DNA of 45,247 nt from a virus. The first letter of the stretch is position 1; the number at the start of each line of letters is the position of its first letter. The translations under genes and the position numbers were made by a program. Of the stretch, positions 16,085 to 25,950 are shown in pieces. Under the pieces are notes generated by a model. That model saw nothing but the letters and a program-made list of their open reading frames with translations, was not told where the DNA came from and did not search any database. The stretch is taken from the IMG/VR virus record IMGVR_UViG_3300045988_046511; one strand, written 5' to 3'.

Positions 16085-17596
16085 GTGAACAACGTGAGTT
16101 TTGTAGATTCAATGATGTTCAAAGTTTCAAACCTGATTTTGCAAGGTGCGCAGATTTCCGACAAACAGTTTTTGGAACGTGAAATTGAAAAGTGGAAAGG
16201 TAGCCCACAGCGCGTTATGCAGATCAAGGGTCACTTGTACTACGACAACGATCACGATATTTTACACCGCAAGCGTCAGATGATCGGTGAAGATGGGAAG
16301 CTGGTTGACGTGGGCAACGTGCCAAACAACCGCCTGATAGATAATCAGTTTGCAAAGCTGGTCAATCAGAAAGCTAACTATTTGCTGGGCAAGCCCTTTG
16401 TTGTTGATGGAGAGAATAAACAGTATGTTGAACTGTTAAAAGACGTGTTCAACAAGAAGTTTATGAAAACCCTGAAGAACGCCGGGAAACTTGCTCTTGA
16501 GTGCGGTATTAGCTGGTTATACCCCTATTACACCGAAACGGGAGAACTTGCCTTTAGGACGTTCCCCGGTTATGAAATCCTGCCGTTCTGGAAAGACACG
16601 GAACACACACAGCTTGAAGCCGCCGTGCGCCTGTATCTGGTGATCGGCTATCAAGGCACTACACCGACTGTTATTGAAAAGGTCGAAATCTACGACTTAG
16701 AGGGCGTTCACCGCTTCGTTCTGGATGGCGGCGTACTGATCCCAGACTTAGAGGGAGCAGACAGCAACACCGCCCCGTATGCAAGCATGATGGACGAAAA
16801 CGGCAATACTATTCCCCTGAACTGGGAGCGTGTGCCGCTCATCCCCATCAAGTACAATGATTGTGAAATCCCCCTGCTGAAGAAAGTAAAGACCTTGCAG
16901 GACGCGCTAAACGTTATGCTGTCGGACTTTGAAAACAATATGCAGGAAGATCCCCGAAACACTGTGCTTGTGCTGAAAAATTACGATGGCACGAACTTGG
17001 GCGAGTTCCGCAAAAACTTGTCTACGTTCGGCGTTGTAAAGGTGCGCACGGTTGATGGTGCAGACGGTGGGGTTGAAACGCTTGAAATTCAAGTCAATTC
17101 AGAGAATTACAAAGCTATCCTTGAACTTCTGAAAAAAGCCATTATCGAAAACGGTATGGGCTATGACGCGAAAGATGATAGGCTGAATGGCAATCCTAAC
17201 CAGATGAACATTCGATCCATGTATTCGGACGTTGACCTTGACGCTAACGATATGGAAAGCGAGTTGCAAGCCGCATTCGAGGAACTGCTTTGGTTCATCA
17301 ACACCCATTTTGCCAACTCCGGCATGGGCGATTTTAGCGGAGAGGATGTAACGATCATCTTCAACCGGGATGTTCTCATCAATGAGGGTGAGGTGATCCA
17401 GAACTGTAAAGATAGCGTTGGCATTCTGTCTGATGAAACCATTGTGGCAAATCATCCTTGGGTTGACGATCCCGCCGCCGAAATGAAGCGGTTGGAAGAT
17501 CAGAAACAGAAAGAACAGGATCGCATTGCACAACAGCAATATGATCCGTTCGCACCCCCACAGCAACAGCAGGGCGGTGATCTGAACAATGACTAA
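16085..17596 (+). CDS. portal protein (SPP1 gp6-like)
   Basis: About 500 aa and immediately downstream of terL. Acidic/Gln-rich C-terminus. The start may be GTG 16094 (better spacing from AAAGGGGG). Confidence 0.8.
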   Translation: MNNVSFVDSMMFKVSNLILQGAQISDKQFLEREIEKWKGSPQRVMQIKGHLYYDNDHDILHRKRQMIGEDGKLVDVGNVPNNRLIDNQFAKLVNQKANYLLGKPFVVDGENKQYVELLKDVFNKKFMKTLKNAGKLALECGISWLYPYYTETGELAFRTFPGYEILPFWKDTEHTQLEAAVRLYLVIGYQGTTPTVIEKVEIYDLEGVHRFVLDGGVLIPDLEGADSNTAPYASMMDENGNTIPLNWERVPLIPIKYNDCEIPLLKKVKTLQDALNVMLSDFENNMQEDPRNTVLVLKNYDGTNLGEFRKNLSTFGVVKVRTVDGADGGVETLEIQVNSENYKAILELLKKAIIENGMGYDAKDDRLNGNPNQMNIRSMYSDVDLDANDMESELQAAFEELLWFINTHFANSGMGDFSGEDVTIIFNRDVLINEGEVIQNCKDSVGILSDETIVANHPWVDDPAAEMKRLEDQKQKEQDRIAQQQYDPFAPPQQQQGGDLNND

Positions 17597-19496
17597 TGCG
17601 GAATACTGGAAACAGCGTTTCACACAGCTAGAAGCCGCTCAAAACCGAAAAGGCGCGACTGCTTATCTGGAAATGGAGAAGCAGTATAAAGCCGCGCAGA
17701 ATGAGTTAGAAGCCCAAATAGCGCGGTGGTATCAGCGTTTCGCTGACAGCAACGGTATTTCTCTTGCACAGGCTAAACAATGGCTTAAAGGGCAGGACTT
17801 GGCGGAATTTAAGTGGGACGTAAAAGAGTACATCAAGTACGGCAAGGAAAACGCCATAAACGGCGCATGGATGCAGGAACTTGAAAACGCTTCTTCTAAG
17901 TTTCACATTTCCCGCCTTGAAGCCCTGCAAATCCAGACACAGAACAGCCTTGAAACCATGTTTGCACAGCAGTTGGGAACGATGAAAAAAGCGTTATCCG
18001 ATGTTTACGCAAGCGGGTACTATCACACGGCTTACGCCGTGCAACAGGGCTTTGGGCTGGGCTGGGATATTGCCGGACTGGATCAAGCGCAAATCGAAAA
18101 GGTACTGTCTAAGCCGTGGGCTGTGGATGGCTACAACTTTTCAACCCGCATTTGGAACAGCAAAACAAAGCTGGTCGGAGAGGTTCACAATGAACTTTCA
18201 AAGAATCTGCTAACGGGTGCTGATCCGCAAAAGGCCATTGATTCCCTTGCAAAGAAGATGGGAACATCTAAGAGCAACGCCGGGCGGCTGGTAATGACCG
18301 AGCAAGCCTATTTCAGTAGCGCGGCGCAAAAGGATTGTTTCAATGATCTGGACGTTGAAGAATATGAGATCGTGGCAACGCTGGATTCTCATACTTCCGA
18401 TATTTGCCGTTCGCTGGATGGCAAAGTGTTCAAGATGAGCGATTACAAGCCGGGTGTTACTGCCCCGCCGTTTCACGTCTATTGCCGTTCCACCACCGCC
18501 CCACACTTCAAAGAAAACTTTGATGCAGGAGAGCGGACGGCGCGTGGAGCGGATGGGAAAACCTACTATGTGCCGGACGATGTGACCTATTCCGAATGGA
18601 AAAAGGCTTTTGTAGACGGTGACAAGAGCGGGTTTGCTGAAGTCAAGCATAAGCATTATAAGCGGGAAGAGCCAAAACAACAGGCTAACCCGCGCAACTA
18701 TAATTGTGATATGGCGCAAAAAGTCGGAAATAATCATTTTGATAATATCCGCGATAAAGTGGATGGTTGCCAAAATGACGATCTCCGCACAGTCTGGAAC
18801 ACCTTTGAATCCCAAATCAAAGTTGCTGACGCTCATTATCATGGGCGTTCCTTTGCTTCTGGCGGCACGATCAATATTACTATTGGTTCGGATGCAAAAG
18901 GGAATAGCTATAATGCCCCGTATGCTGTTACGTTCCATGAATCGGGTCACGCTATTGACTGCTTAACCGCACCAATGGGCGGTAAAAGCGGGCAATGGTT
19001 TATTTCTTCGTCCTATAAAGATGGACTGTTCCCCAAAACGATTAAAGCTGAGGTTTCCGATTGGGTGAACGCCGTCTATAAAGAAATGAAAGCCCACAAA
19101 GACGATTTCCAATACTGGATAGATCAGAATTGGATTGATTCAAATACAGCGGCGTATTATTCCAACAGTAGTTGGTTCAAAATGAGTAAATCGCTTGCAT
19201 ATAAAGCAATCCAAAATCAGCTTTCAGCCCTTAACTGGTTGCAAAAAGGTGATATTTCTGATATTCTTGAGGGGGCAACCCGAATGAAAATTTGTTTGGG
19301 TGTTGGACACGGCGCGGCATATTGGACTAACCGCGTATATGACGGTATTGATTTTGGTTTAGGGACTGAAGCATTTGCGGAAATGACTTCCGCTTCAATG
19401 ACTTGTCCTGAAAGCCTTGCGGTAATTCAGAAGTATTTACCTAAATCTTATGCCGTGTACAAAGAGATAATCAAGATGATCGCTGAAAATGTGTAA
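17589..19496 (+). CDS. MuF/SPP1 gp7-like head morphogenesis protein with a C-terminal HExxH metallopeptidase-like extension
   Basis: MuF core ATLDSHTSDICRSLDGKVFKMSDYKPGVTAPPFHVYCRST. About 290 extra C-terminal residues containing TFHESGHAID (HESGH at 18936-18950) and a downstream GTEAFAEM. Confidence 0.8.
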   Translation: MTNAEYWKQRFTQLEAAQNRKGATAYLEMEKQYKAAQNELEAQIARWYQRFADSNGISLAQAKQWLKGQDLAEFKWDVKEYIKYGKENAINGAWMQELENASSKFHISRLEALQIQTQNSLETMFAQQLGTMKKALSDVYASGYYHTAYAVQQGFGLGWDIAGLDQAQIEKVLSKPWAVDGYNFSTRIWNSKTKLVGEVHNELSKNLLTGADPQKAIDSLAKKMGTSKSNAGRLVMTEQAYFSSAAQKDCFNDLDVEEYEIVATLDSHTSDICRSLDGKVFKMSDYKPGVTAPPFHVYCRSTTAPHFKENFDAGERTARGADGKTYYVPDDVTYSEWKKAFVDGDKSGFAEVKHKHYKREEPKQQANPRNYNCDMAQKVGNNHFDNIRDKVDGCQNDDLRTVWNTFESQIKVADAHYHGRSFASGGTINITIGSDAKGNSYNAPYAVTFHESGHAIDCLTAPMGGKSGQWFISSSYKDGLFPKTIKAEVSDWVNAVYKEMKAHKDDFQYWIDQNWIDSNTAAYYSNSSWFKMSKSLAYKAIQNQLSALNWLQKGDISDILEGATRMKICLGVGHGAAYWTNRVYDGIDFGLGTEAFAEMTSASMTCPESLAVIQKYLPKSYAVYKEIIKMIAENV

Positions 19497-19508
19497 AGGT
19501 GGTGCGCT

Positions 19509-19676
19509 ATGGAAAAACTGATTGAACAGTATGTTGAACGCTTCCACGAAAATTTCCCGCTATTCGCCCTCATGGGAATGGATGAAGCGGAAATTGAAAA
19601 AATCATCCAGAATGCCCTTAAAGATGGCGTTCCCTATTCTCCCCCCGAACAGGACGGAGAAAACACCGTATATTAA
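19509..19676 (+). CDS. hypothetical 55-aa acidic protein (below the ORF-track cutoff)
   Basis: ATG 19509 lies 8 nt after AAGGTGG. MEKLIEQYVERFHENFPLFALMGMDEAEIEKIIQNALKDGVPYSPPEQDGENTVY. A terminator follows. Confidence 0.45.
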   Translation: MEKLIEQYVERFHENFPLFALMGMDEAEIEKIIQNALKDGVPYSPPEQDGENTVY

Positions 19677-19695
19677 AACCGCATATCGCTAACTA

Positions 19696-19732
19696 AGCAC
19701 TTTTGAAAGTTATCTTTCAAGGGTGCTTTTTT
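19696..19732 (+). terminator. intrinsic terminator after the MuF / small-ORF pair
   Basis: AGCACTTTTGAAAG ... CTTTCAAGGGTGCT stem, followed by TTTTTT. Confidence 0.65.
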
Positions 19733-19922
19733 CATGCCATTTTAAGGGGGGTGAGATCATGGCGTGTCCGTTTGTCGGCAAGTAGAAAGGCGGTGATCCA
19801 AACCTATCTCCCAACTGTGGGTTAAACAGTGAATCGTCTTTTTCGTATTGCAGACGGTAAAGAACAAGATCAAATTCGTGGTTCGTTACCCACGGTAAAC
19901 AACGGAAAGGCTGGTATGAACA

Positions 19923-20516
19923 ATGAAACGTGAGGACTTGATTAGTTGGGGTCTGACCGATGAACAGGTTAAAAAGGTTATGGCCGGGCTGGACGGTGAC
20001 TTTGTGACTAAGACCCGTTTTAACGAGGTCAACGAGGAAAACAAGACGCTGAAACAGTCCGTTTCTGACCGTGACAAGCAGTTGAACGATCTGAAGAAGT
20101 CCAGCGGCGACAACGCCGAACTGAAAGCACAGATCGAGGAACTTCAGAAGAAGAACACCGAACAGGCTAAAGCCCACGCCGCTGAAATGGCACAGCTGAA
20201 GCTGGACAACGCGGTTGATACCGCGCTTACGGCGGCGGGTGCTAAGAACGGTAAGGCCGTTAAAGCCCTGCTTGATATGTCTAAGGTCAAGTTGGGCGAG
20301 GATGGCAAGCTGTCGGGCTGGGATGAACAGATTTCTGCTGTTCAGAAGTCGGATTCTTACCTGTTCAACGCCAAACAGCCCGCAAACAAGGGTATCAAGG
20401 GTTTCAATCCCGGCAAGTCGGATGATGTGAAGCTCGGTACTAAGGTGGATATGTCTAAGATGAGCCTTGAAGAGCTGACCGCTTACATTGAAGCCAACCC
20501 GGATGCGGCAACCTAA
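19923..20516 (+). CDS. scaffolding protein (GP20-like)
   Basis: 197 aa, coiled-coil and charged (NEENKTLKQSVSDRDKQLNDLKK...). It lies directly upstream of the major capsid gene. Confidence 0.75.
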   Translation: MKREDLISWGLTDEQVKKVMAGLDGDFVTKTRFNEVNEENKTLKQSVSDRDKQLNDLKKSSGDNAELKAQIEELQKKNTEQAKAHAAEMAQLKLDNAVDTALTAAGAKNGKAVKALLDMSKVKLGEDGKLSGWDEQISAVQKSDSYLFNAKQPANKGIKGFNPGKSDDVKLGTKVDMSKMSLEELTAYIEANPDAAT

Positions 20517-20555
20517 CAACAGAGTTCAAAAATTCAAAGAAAGGATTGAACACAA

Positions 20556-21650
20556 ATGAGCAAATTCGATGCAAAGAGTTTCAACGAGCGGGCTTTTGGT
20601 GTTTACATGAACGCCATTCCCAACGTGAAGCTGAACAAACTTCGTGAGAGCCGCGCGATTGTCGCAGATCAGCGACTTCGTGAAACTTTCGTCAACAACG
20701 GACAGACTGGCACTGTATACGCCGTCCTGCCCTACTTCGGTCTGATCGGCGGTGACGCACAGAACTATGATGGTGTGTCTAACCTCACCCCCGAAAAGAC
20801 TGATACCTTTGAGCAGGGTGTTTTCACCTATGGCCGTATGATGGGCTGGACTGAAGCCGATTTCTCCTATGATGTGACTGGCGGCGTGGACTTCATGGCG
20901 AACGTCCGAAACCAGATCAGCCGCTATTGGAATGATCGGGATCAGGACACTATCCTTGCTATCCTCAAGGGCATTTTCTCTATGTCCGCCACTGGTACGG
21001 GCAACATTAAGACTGCTAACGCCGCCTTTGTGTCTGCCCACACCTACGATATTTCCGCCCCCACCACGGATGCAAAGACCACTGATGATATGATGGTGAG
21101 CGCAACCACCCTCAACAGTGCCATTCAGCAGGCTTGCGGCGACAACAAGAGCAAGTTTAGCCTTGTGATCTGCCACTCTACCGTTGCAACTAACCTTGAG
21201 AACATGAAGTTGCTGGGCTACCTGAAGTACACCGACAGTGAGGGCGTGGAGCGTGATCTGGGCATGGGTACTTGGAATGGTCGTCTTGTTCTGATTGACG
21301 ATTCCATGCCCGCCGAGGTTAAGAACGTGGGCGCAACTGGCGGTGACGTTACCCTGTATACCACCTATGTTCTGGGTGAAGGCGCAATCGGTTTTGAATC
21401 CGTTGGCGCAAAAGTTCCCTATGAGATGGTGCGCGATGCAAAGACCCGTGGCGGCGAGGATACGCTGATTTCCCGTAAGCGCAACGCCGTTTCTGTTGCC
21501 GGTATCTCTTACCTCAAGGCGGTGCAGACTACGAACAGCCCCACCAACGCGGAACTGGAAAACGGCAAGAACTGGTCTCTGGTGAGCAACGGCACTGATA
21601 CCATCAATCACAAGGCCGTTCCCATCGCCCGCATTATTTCCCGTGGCTAA
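20556..21650 (+). CDS. major capsid protein
   Basis: 364 aa, directly after the scaffold gene, with even non-repetitive composition. Call is positional. Confidence 0.75.
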   Translation: MSKFDAKSFNERAFGVYMNAIPNVKLNKLRESRAIVADQRLRETFVNNGQTGTVYAVLPYFGLIGGDAQNYDGVSNLTPEKTDTFEQGVFTYGRMMGWTEADFSYDVTGGVDFMANVRNQISRYWNDRDQDTILAILKGIFSMSATGTGNIKTANAAFVSAHTYDISAPTTDAKTTDDMMVSATTLNSAIQQACGDNKSKFSLVICHSTVATNLENMKLLGYLKYTDSEGVERDLGMGTWNGRLVLIDDSMPAEVKNVGATGGDVTLYTTYVLGEGAIGFESVGAKVPYEMVRDAKTRGGEDTLISRKRNAVSVAGISYLKAVQTTNSPTNAELENGKNWSLVSNGTDTINHKAVPIARIISRG

Positions 21651-21658
21651 GTAAGGCG

Positions 21659-22057
21659 GTGTTTCCAGTGCTGGATATGGTAAAAGCGCGGTTGCAGTCT
21701 TTTGGATATAAGATTCAAAATGGGGATGAAACCATTTTGAATTTTTGTATTCAAAAGGTGGAAAGTTCCATCAAGAACGATTGCAACGTGTCCTCTATCC
21801 CGGACGGGCTGGTTTGCATCGCGGTTGATATGGCAGTAGGCGAGTTTTTAACGGCAAAGAAAACTTTTTCGCCTGATAGCATTGCAGGGCTTGATTTAGA
21901 TTATGCTGTGAAGCAGATACAGACGGGTGATACCAATACTGTATTTGCCACGGGAGAGGGGTCACAAACCGCTGAACAGCGGCTAACGGCCTTTATTAGT
22001 TATCTTCTGACTTATGGGAAAGGCGAATTTGCTTGTTATAGGCGGATTCGATGGTAA
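21659..22057 (+). CDS. head-tail connector (gp6-like) protein
   Basis: 132-aa ORF in the connector position after the capsid gene. The start could be GTG 21668. Confidence 0.55.
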   Translation: MFPVLDMVKARLQSFGYKIQNGDETILNFCIQKVESSIKNDCNVSSIPDGLVCIAVDMAVGEFLTAKKTFSPDSIAGLDLDYAVKQIQTGDTNTVFATGEGSQTAEQRLTAFISYLLTYGKGEFACYRRIRW

Positions 22058-22437
22058 GCGCACTTGAAGCCGCCCGAAAAGCGGCACGAAAGGCAATCGA
22101 AAAAACTTACTATACCGGGCTTTGTTCCGTTGTGGAACGCCGGGATGTAAGGGACGAGCAAACCAAAATCACCCATAAATCAGAAGTAACAGTAATCGAA
22201 AATCAGCCCTGTAAGCTGTCCTTTGAAAAGCTGGATGCCACAGCACAAACCGAAACGGCGGCAAGCCTTACGCAAGGCACAAAGCTATTTCTCCCCCCGG
22301 ATGTGGAAATCAAGGCAGGATCAAAGATCATTGTGGAGCAAGACGGAGTAAAAAACGCCTATTCCGCAAGCGGTGTTCCTGCTGTATATCCCACCCATCA
22401 AGAAATCATCCTCACACTGTTTGAGCGGTGGGCTTGA
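22051..22437 (+). CDS. head closure / head-tail adaptor protein
   Basis: 128-aa ORF overlapping both neighbours. Call is positional. Confidence 0.5.
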   Translation: MVSALEAARKAARKAIEKTYYTGLCSVVERRDVRDEQTKITHKSEVTVIENQPCKLSFEKLDATAQTETAASLTQGTKLFLPPDVEIKAGSKIIVEQDGVKNAYSASGVPAVYPTHQEIILTLFERWA

Positions 22438-23003
22438 TGGCACGAATGGGAAAGGTTTCAGCCGGGGATTTGAAAAAACTTCAACAAGAATTGAACAAGA
22501 TTGAACAAAAAGATGTTGAATCGTTTATTTCTGCCTGTGCGAAAGAATTAGCCGCCCGACTACTTGCCAAAGTTATCAAGCGAACACCCGTAGGCGACTA
22601 CTCTAAAGAAATAACGGTGGTTGCTAAAAAGGATTCCAAACACCACAAGGCGGGCGATACCTACACCAAACGTGTAAACCCCTCTGGAAAGATGGGCGGC
22701 ACGTTGCGCCGGGGCTGGACTTCAGCAACGCATGAAGAAGCGGCAAGCGGTAAAGGCCGGGGCGATGCCAAAGCCTACGTCGATTCGTTGCAGATCAATC
22801 ACAAAGGAAACCTCTTGACGATTGATATTGTGAATCCCGTTGAGTATGCTTCTTATGTGGAGTATGGACACCGAACAGCTAATCATACAGGTTGGGTGCA
22901 AGGTCAATTCATGCTCACCATATCCGAACAGGAAATACAGACGATAGCCCCGCAAGTCCTTGAAGCAAAGATTAAGCAGTTTTTAGGGGAGTGCATCAAA
23001 TGA
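22437..23003 (+). CDS. HK97 gp10-like tail-attachment protein
   Basis: ATG 22437 overlaps the upstream TGA. VEYASYVEYGHRTANHTGWVQGQFML resembles HK97 gp10 family C-termini. Confidence 0.6.
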   Translation: MARMGKVSAGDLKKLQQELNKIEQKDVESFISACAKELAARLLAKVIKRTPVGDYSKEITVVAKKDSKHHKAGDTYTKRVNPSGKMGGTLRRGWTSATHEEAASGKGRGDAKAYVDSLQINHKGNLLTIDIVNPVEYASYVEYGHRTANHTGWVQGQFMLTISEQEIQTIAPQVLEAKIKQFLGECIK

Positions 23004-23431
23004 TAAATTCAATTATTGAAGCTATCAGCATTGCCTTAAATGCTGAATTTGGCGATGATTACACGACTTACACGGAAGAACAGGAACAAGGCTTGAAAGA
23101 GCCTTGTTTTTTTATTTCCACCCTAGAGCCTACGCGCAACCTTTTCCGGGATCGTAGATATTTTAGGCGGCAACAGTTCTGCATCCAGTTCTTTCCCGCT
23201 GATCGGGATAGGGCACAGGCGGAGTGCAACGATACAGCCGAACGGCTGGAAGAATGTCTTGAAACCATCACGGTTGACGGTGATTTGATGCGCGGCGACA
23301 AGATGAATCATAAGATCGTAGATGATGTGTTGAATTTCTTCGTTAATTATGATTGCTTCGTTATCAAGAAATACGACAGTGAGCCGATGGAAACATTGGA
23401 GATTAAAGGAGCTGTGAACAATGGCGGTTAA
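23000..23431 (+). CDS. tail completion / hypothetical structural protein
   Basis: ATG 23000 forms an ATGA overlap with the upstream stop and follows an AGGGGAG RBS. Call is positional. Confidence 0.5.
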   Translation: MINSIIEAISIALNAEFGDDYTTYTEEQEQGLKEPCFFISTLEPTRNLFRDRRYFRRQQFCIQFFPADRDRAQAECNDTAERLEECLETITVDGDLMRGDKMNHKIVDDVLNFFVNYDCFVIKKYDSEPMETLEIKGAVNNGG

Positions 23432-23606
23432 AAACACCACGGCAAAGGCGGCGGAGATGCCCGCATTTACCAAAGAACAGCTTGTGAAAGCGGAACGCTG
23501 GTTCAATCGGCGTGATCTGCTTAACGCGCTGTTGGAAGATGATAAGACTTATACCATTGAACAGGTGGATGATCTTATCAAAGAATACTATAAGAAACCT
23601 ATCTGA
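23421..23606 (+). CDS. hypothetical protein
   Basis: 61-aa ORF with an AAGGAG RBS 9 nt upstream. Confidence 0.5.
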   Translation: MAVKNTTAKAAEMPAFTKEQLVKAERWFNRRDLLNALLEDDKTYTIEQVDDLIKEYYKKPI

Positions 23607-23626
23607 AGAAAGGAAAGGTGAGTAAA

Positions 23627-24937
23627 ATGGCACTTGGCGGCGGTACTTTCGTAACGCAGAACAAGATTCTGCCCGGTGCTTACATCAACTTCGTATCGCT
23701 TGCATCTGCATCCGCTACGCTGTCTGATCGTGGCACTGTTACCATGCCCCTTATGCTGGACTGGGGCAATGAGAGCGGCGTTTTTGAAGTCACTAACGGT
23801 GATTTCCAGAAATCCACTATGAAGCTGTTCGGCTACGCCTATACCGATGATAAGATGAAAGGCTTGCGTGATCTTTTCAAGAAAGCAAAGACCCTGTACG
23901 CCTATCGTCTGAACGGCGGCGGCAAGAAAGCGAGCAACACTTTTGCTACGGCAAAGTACAGCGGTACACGCGGCAACGATCTGAAGATCGTGATCCAGAA
24001 GAACGCAGATAACGATTCTCTGTTTGATGTGTCCACCTATATGGGACTGTCTAAGGTGGATGCACAGACCGTGGACAAGGCAAGCGCATTGACTGACAAC
24101 GACTATGTTGCTTTCAAAAAGGATGCTACGCTTGCCGTTACCGCTTCTACTCCGCTCACTGGCGGCGAGAATGGCGCGGGTACGAGTGACGCATACCAGA
24201 CCTATCTTGATAAGATTGAGCCGTATGCGTTCAACTCTATGGGCGTTGTCACCACTGACAAGGCAACTAAGAGCCTGTTTGCATCGTTCAACAAGCGTAT
24301 GCGTGATGAGGTCGGTAAGAAGTTCCAGCTTGTCCTGTATCAGTACAAGGAAGCGGACTACATGGGTACTATCAGCGTCAAAAACAGGGTGCTGGACGAT
24401 GGCGCAGATGAGGCAAGCCTTGTCTATTGGGTCACTGGCGCGGCTGGCGGCTGTGAAGTCAACAAGTCAAACCAGAACGTGATCTATGATGGCGAGTTCA
24501 CCCCCGATCTGAACTATACACAGGCAGAACTTGAAAAGGCTATCAAGGCGGGTGAGTTCACTTTCCACAATGTCAACGGCGTTCCCCGCGTTCTTGATGA
24601 TATTAACACTATGGTATCTACCACTGATACTTGCGGTGATGTTTTCAAGGATAACCAGACTATCCGCGTGATCGATCAGATCGCCAATGATACCGCCGTT
24701 CTGTTTGCGACTAAGTATCTGGGCGCGGTTCCTAACGATGCGGCGGGTCGTACCTCTTTTTGGGCTGACCTTGTGAAACTTCACAACGAACTTCAGAAAA
24801 TCCGTGCTATCGAGGATTTCAAGGATTCCGATATTACGGTTGCACAGGGCGACACCAAAAAGTCCGTTGTGACTTCCGGCGCAATCTCTGTTATCAACGC
24901 AATGGGCAAGCTGTATATGTCCGTTTGCGTGTCTTAA
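23627..24937 (+). CDS. tail sheath protein (XkdK-like)
   Basis: N-terminus MALGGGTFVTQNKILPGAYINFVS is typical of Firmicutes sheath proteins. About 436 aa and followed by the tube gene. ATG 23627 has better RBS spacing than GTG 23618. Confidence 0.85.
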   Translation: MALGGGTFVTQNKILPGAYINFVSLASASATLSDRGTVTMPLMLDWGNESGVFEVTNGDFQKSTMKLFGYAYTDDKMKGLRDLFKKAKTLYAYRLNGGGKKASNTFATAKYSGTRGNDLKIVIQKNADNDSLFDVSTYMGLSKVDAQTVDKASALTDNDYVAFKKDATLAVTASTPLTGGENGAGTSDAYQTYLDKIEPYAFNSMGVVTTDKATKSLFASFNKRMRDEVGKKFQLVLYQYKEADYMGTISVKNRVLDDGADEASLVYWVTGAAGGCEVNKSNQNVIYDGEFTPDLNYTQAELEKAIKAGEFTFHNVNGVPRVLDDINTMVSTTDTCGDVFKDNQTIRVIDQIANDTAVLFATKYLGAVPNDAAGRTSFWADLVKLHNELQKIRAIEDFKDSDITVAQGDTKKSVVTSGAISVINAMGKLYMSVCVS

Positions 24938-24957
24938 AGAAAGGGGGTTAATGCAGT

Positions 24958-25446
24958 ATGGCACAGCCTACGAATGTTTTTATGAAGTCTAAGGACGCGA
25001 TTTCCGCGCGTCTGGCGGAATGCTTTGTCACCATTGGTGATCGCCGCTATAACTTCATGCAGATCATCAACTTTGAAGCAAAGATCGACAAGACCAAATC
25101 CAAAGTTCCCCGCCTTGGCACGATTATGATCGGCCACAAGTCCGTTGCACAGGAAGGCACTTACTCCGGCAAGGCGCATTACAATCAGTCTGTGATGCGT
25201 GAATGTCTGGCAGAGTTCAAGCGCACGGGCGAGGACACCTACTTTGAAATTCAGGTCACGAACGATGATCCGGCAAGTGCGGCACAGCGTCAGACCGTTG
25301 TTTTCTACGACTGTCTGACCGATGGCGGCACGCTGGCTAAGTTCGATGCCGATTCGGAGTATCTGGATGAGGATATTTCCGGCACGTTCGATGATTATTC
25401 CATCCCGGAAGATTTCACCGAACTGGACGGTTTCGCCACTAACTAA
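24958..25446 (+). CDS. tail tube protein (XkdM-like)
   Basis: 162 aa, immediately after the sheath gene. AKDAISARLAECFVTIGDRRYNFMQIINFEAKIDKTKSKVPRLG has the XkdM-like pattern. Confidence 0.8.
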   Translation: MAQPTNVFMKSKDAISARLAECFVTIGDRRYNFMQIINFEAKIDKTKSKVPRLGTIMIGHKSVAQEGTYSGKAHYNQSVMRECLAEFKRTGEDTYFEIQVTNDDPASAAQRQTVVFYDCLTDGGTLAKFDADSEYLDEDISGTFDDYSIPEDFTELDGFATN

Positions 25447-25454
25447 GATCGTTG

Positions 25455-25495
25455 CCCCCGGATGTGGAAATGTACCCATTCGGGGGTTTTTCTTT
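25455..25495 (+). terminator. terminator-like hairpin after the tube gene (probably a partial, attenuating terminator)
   Basis: CCCCCGGA (25455-25462) pairs with TTCGGGGG (25479-25486), followed by TTTTTCTTT. Confidence 0.45.
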
Positions 25496-25518
25496 GTAAA
25501 GAATGAGAGGTACAGAAA

Positions 25519-25950
25519 ATGTCTAATTTTTCCTATTTTATGAAAGCGAACAAAAAGGTTAAGGAAAATGTTTTCCACCCTGTTACCGCTTCTCTGTGCG
25601 ATGCCAACGGCAAGCCCCTTGATTGGGAGTTCCGGCATATCACCTCTAAGGAAAACGATGAAATCCGCGAGGATTGCACCAAAGAAATTCCCGTCACTGG
25701 CAAGCCTAACCTGTACCGCCCCCATGTGGACGGTAGCAAGTACACTAAGGAACTGCTTATCAAGTCCATTGTCACCCCCGATCTGTACAATGTCGAACTT
25801 CAGAACAGCTACGGCGTGAAAAAGCCGGATGATCTGCTGATGGCAATGGTGGACGATCCGGGCGAGTACAACGCTCTGGTTGCCTTTGTCCAGAATCTTC
25901 AGGGCTTCAACACCTCTTTCAACGATTTGGTGGATGAAGCAAAAAACTAA
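25519..25950 (+). CDS. tail assembly chaperone (XkdN-like), short form
   Basis: 143-aa ORF between the tube and tape-measure genes. It ends ...DEAKN-TAA directly on a slippery heptamer. Confidence 0.75.
   Translation: MSNFSYFMKANKKVKENVFHPVTASLCDANGKPLDWEFRHITSKENDEIREDCTKEIPVTGKPNLYRPHVDGSKYTKELLIKSIVTPDLYNVELQNSYGVKKPDDLLMAMVDDPGEYNALVAFVQNLQGFNTSFNDLVDEAKN

Noticed and set aside
19733-19922. 190-nt gap before the scaffold gene with a strong RBS plus an 8-codon mini-ORF (19759-19785, MACPFVGK) and two 5-bp hairpins
   Set aside because: This could be a leader peptide or structured leader, but the hairpins are short and I cannot tell them from chance in one sequence. There is no recognisable riboswitch or attenuator pattern.
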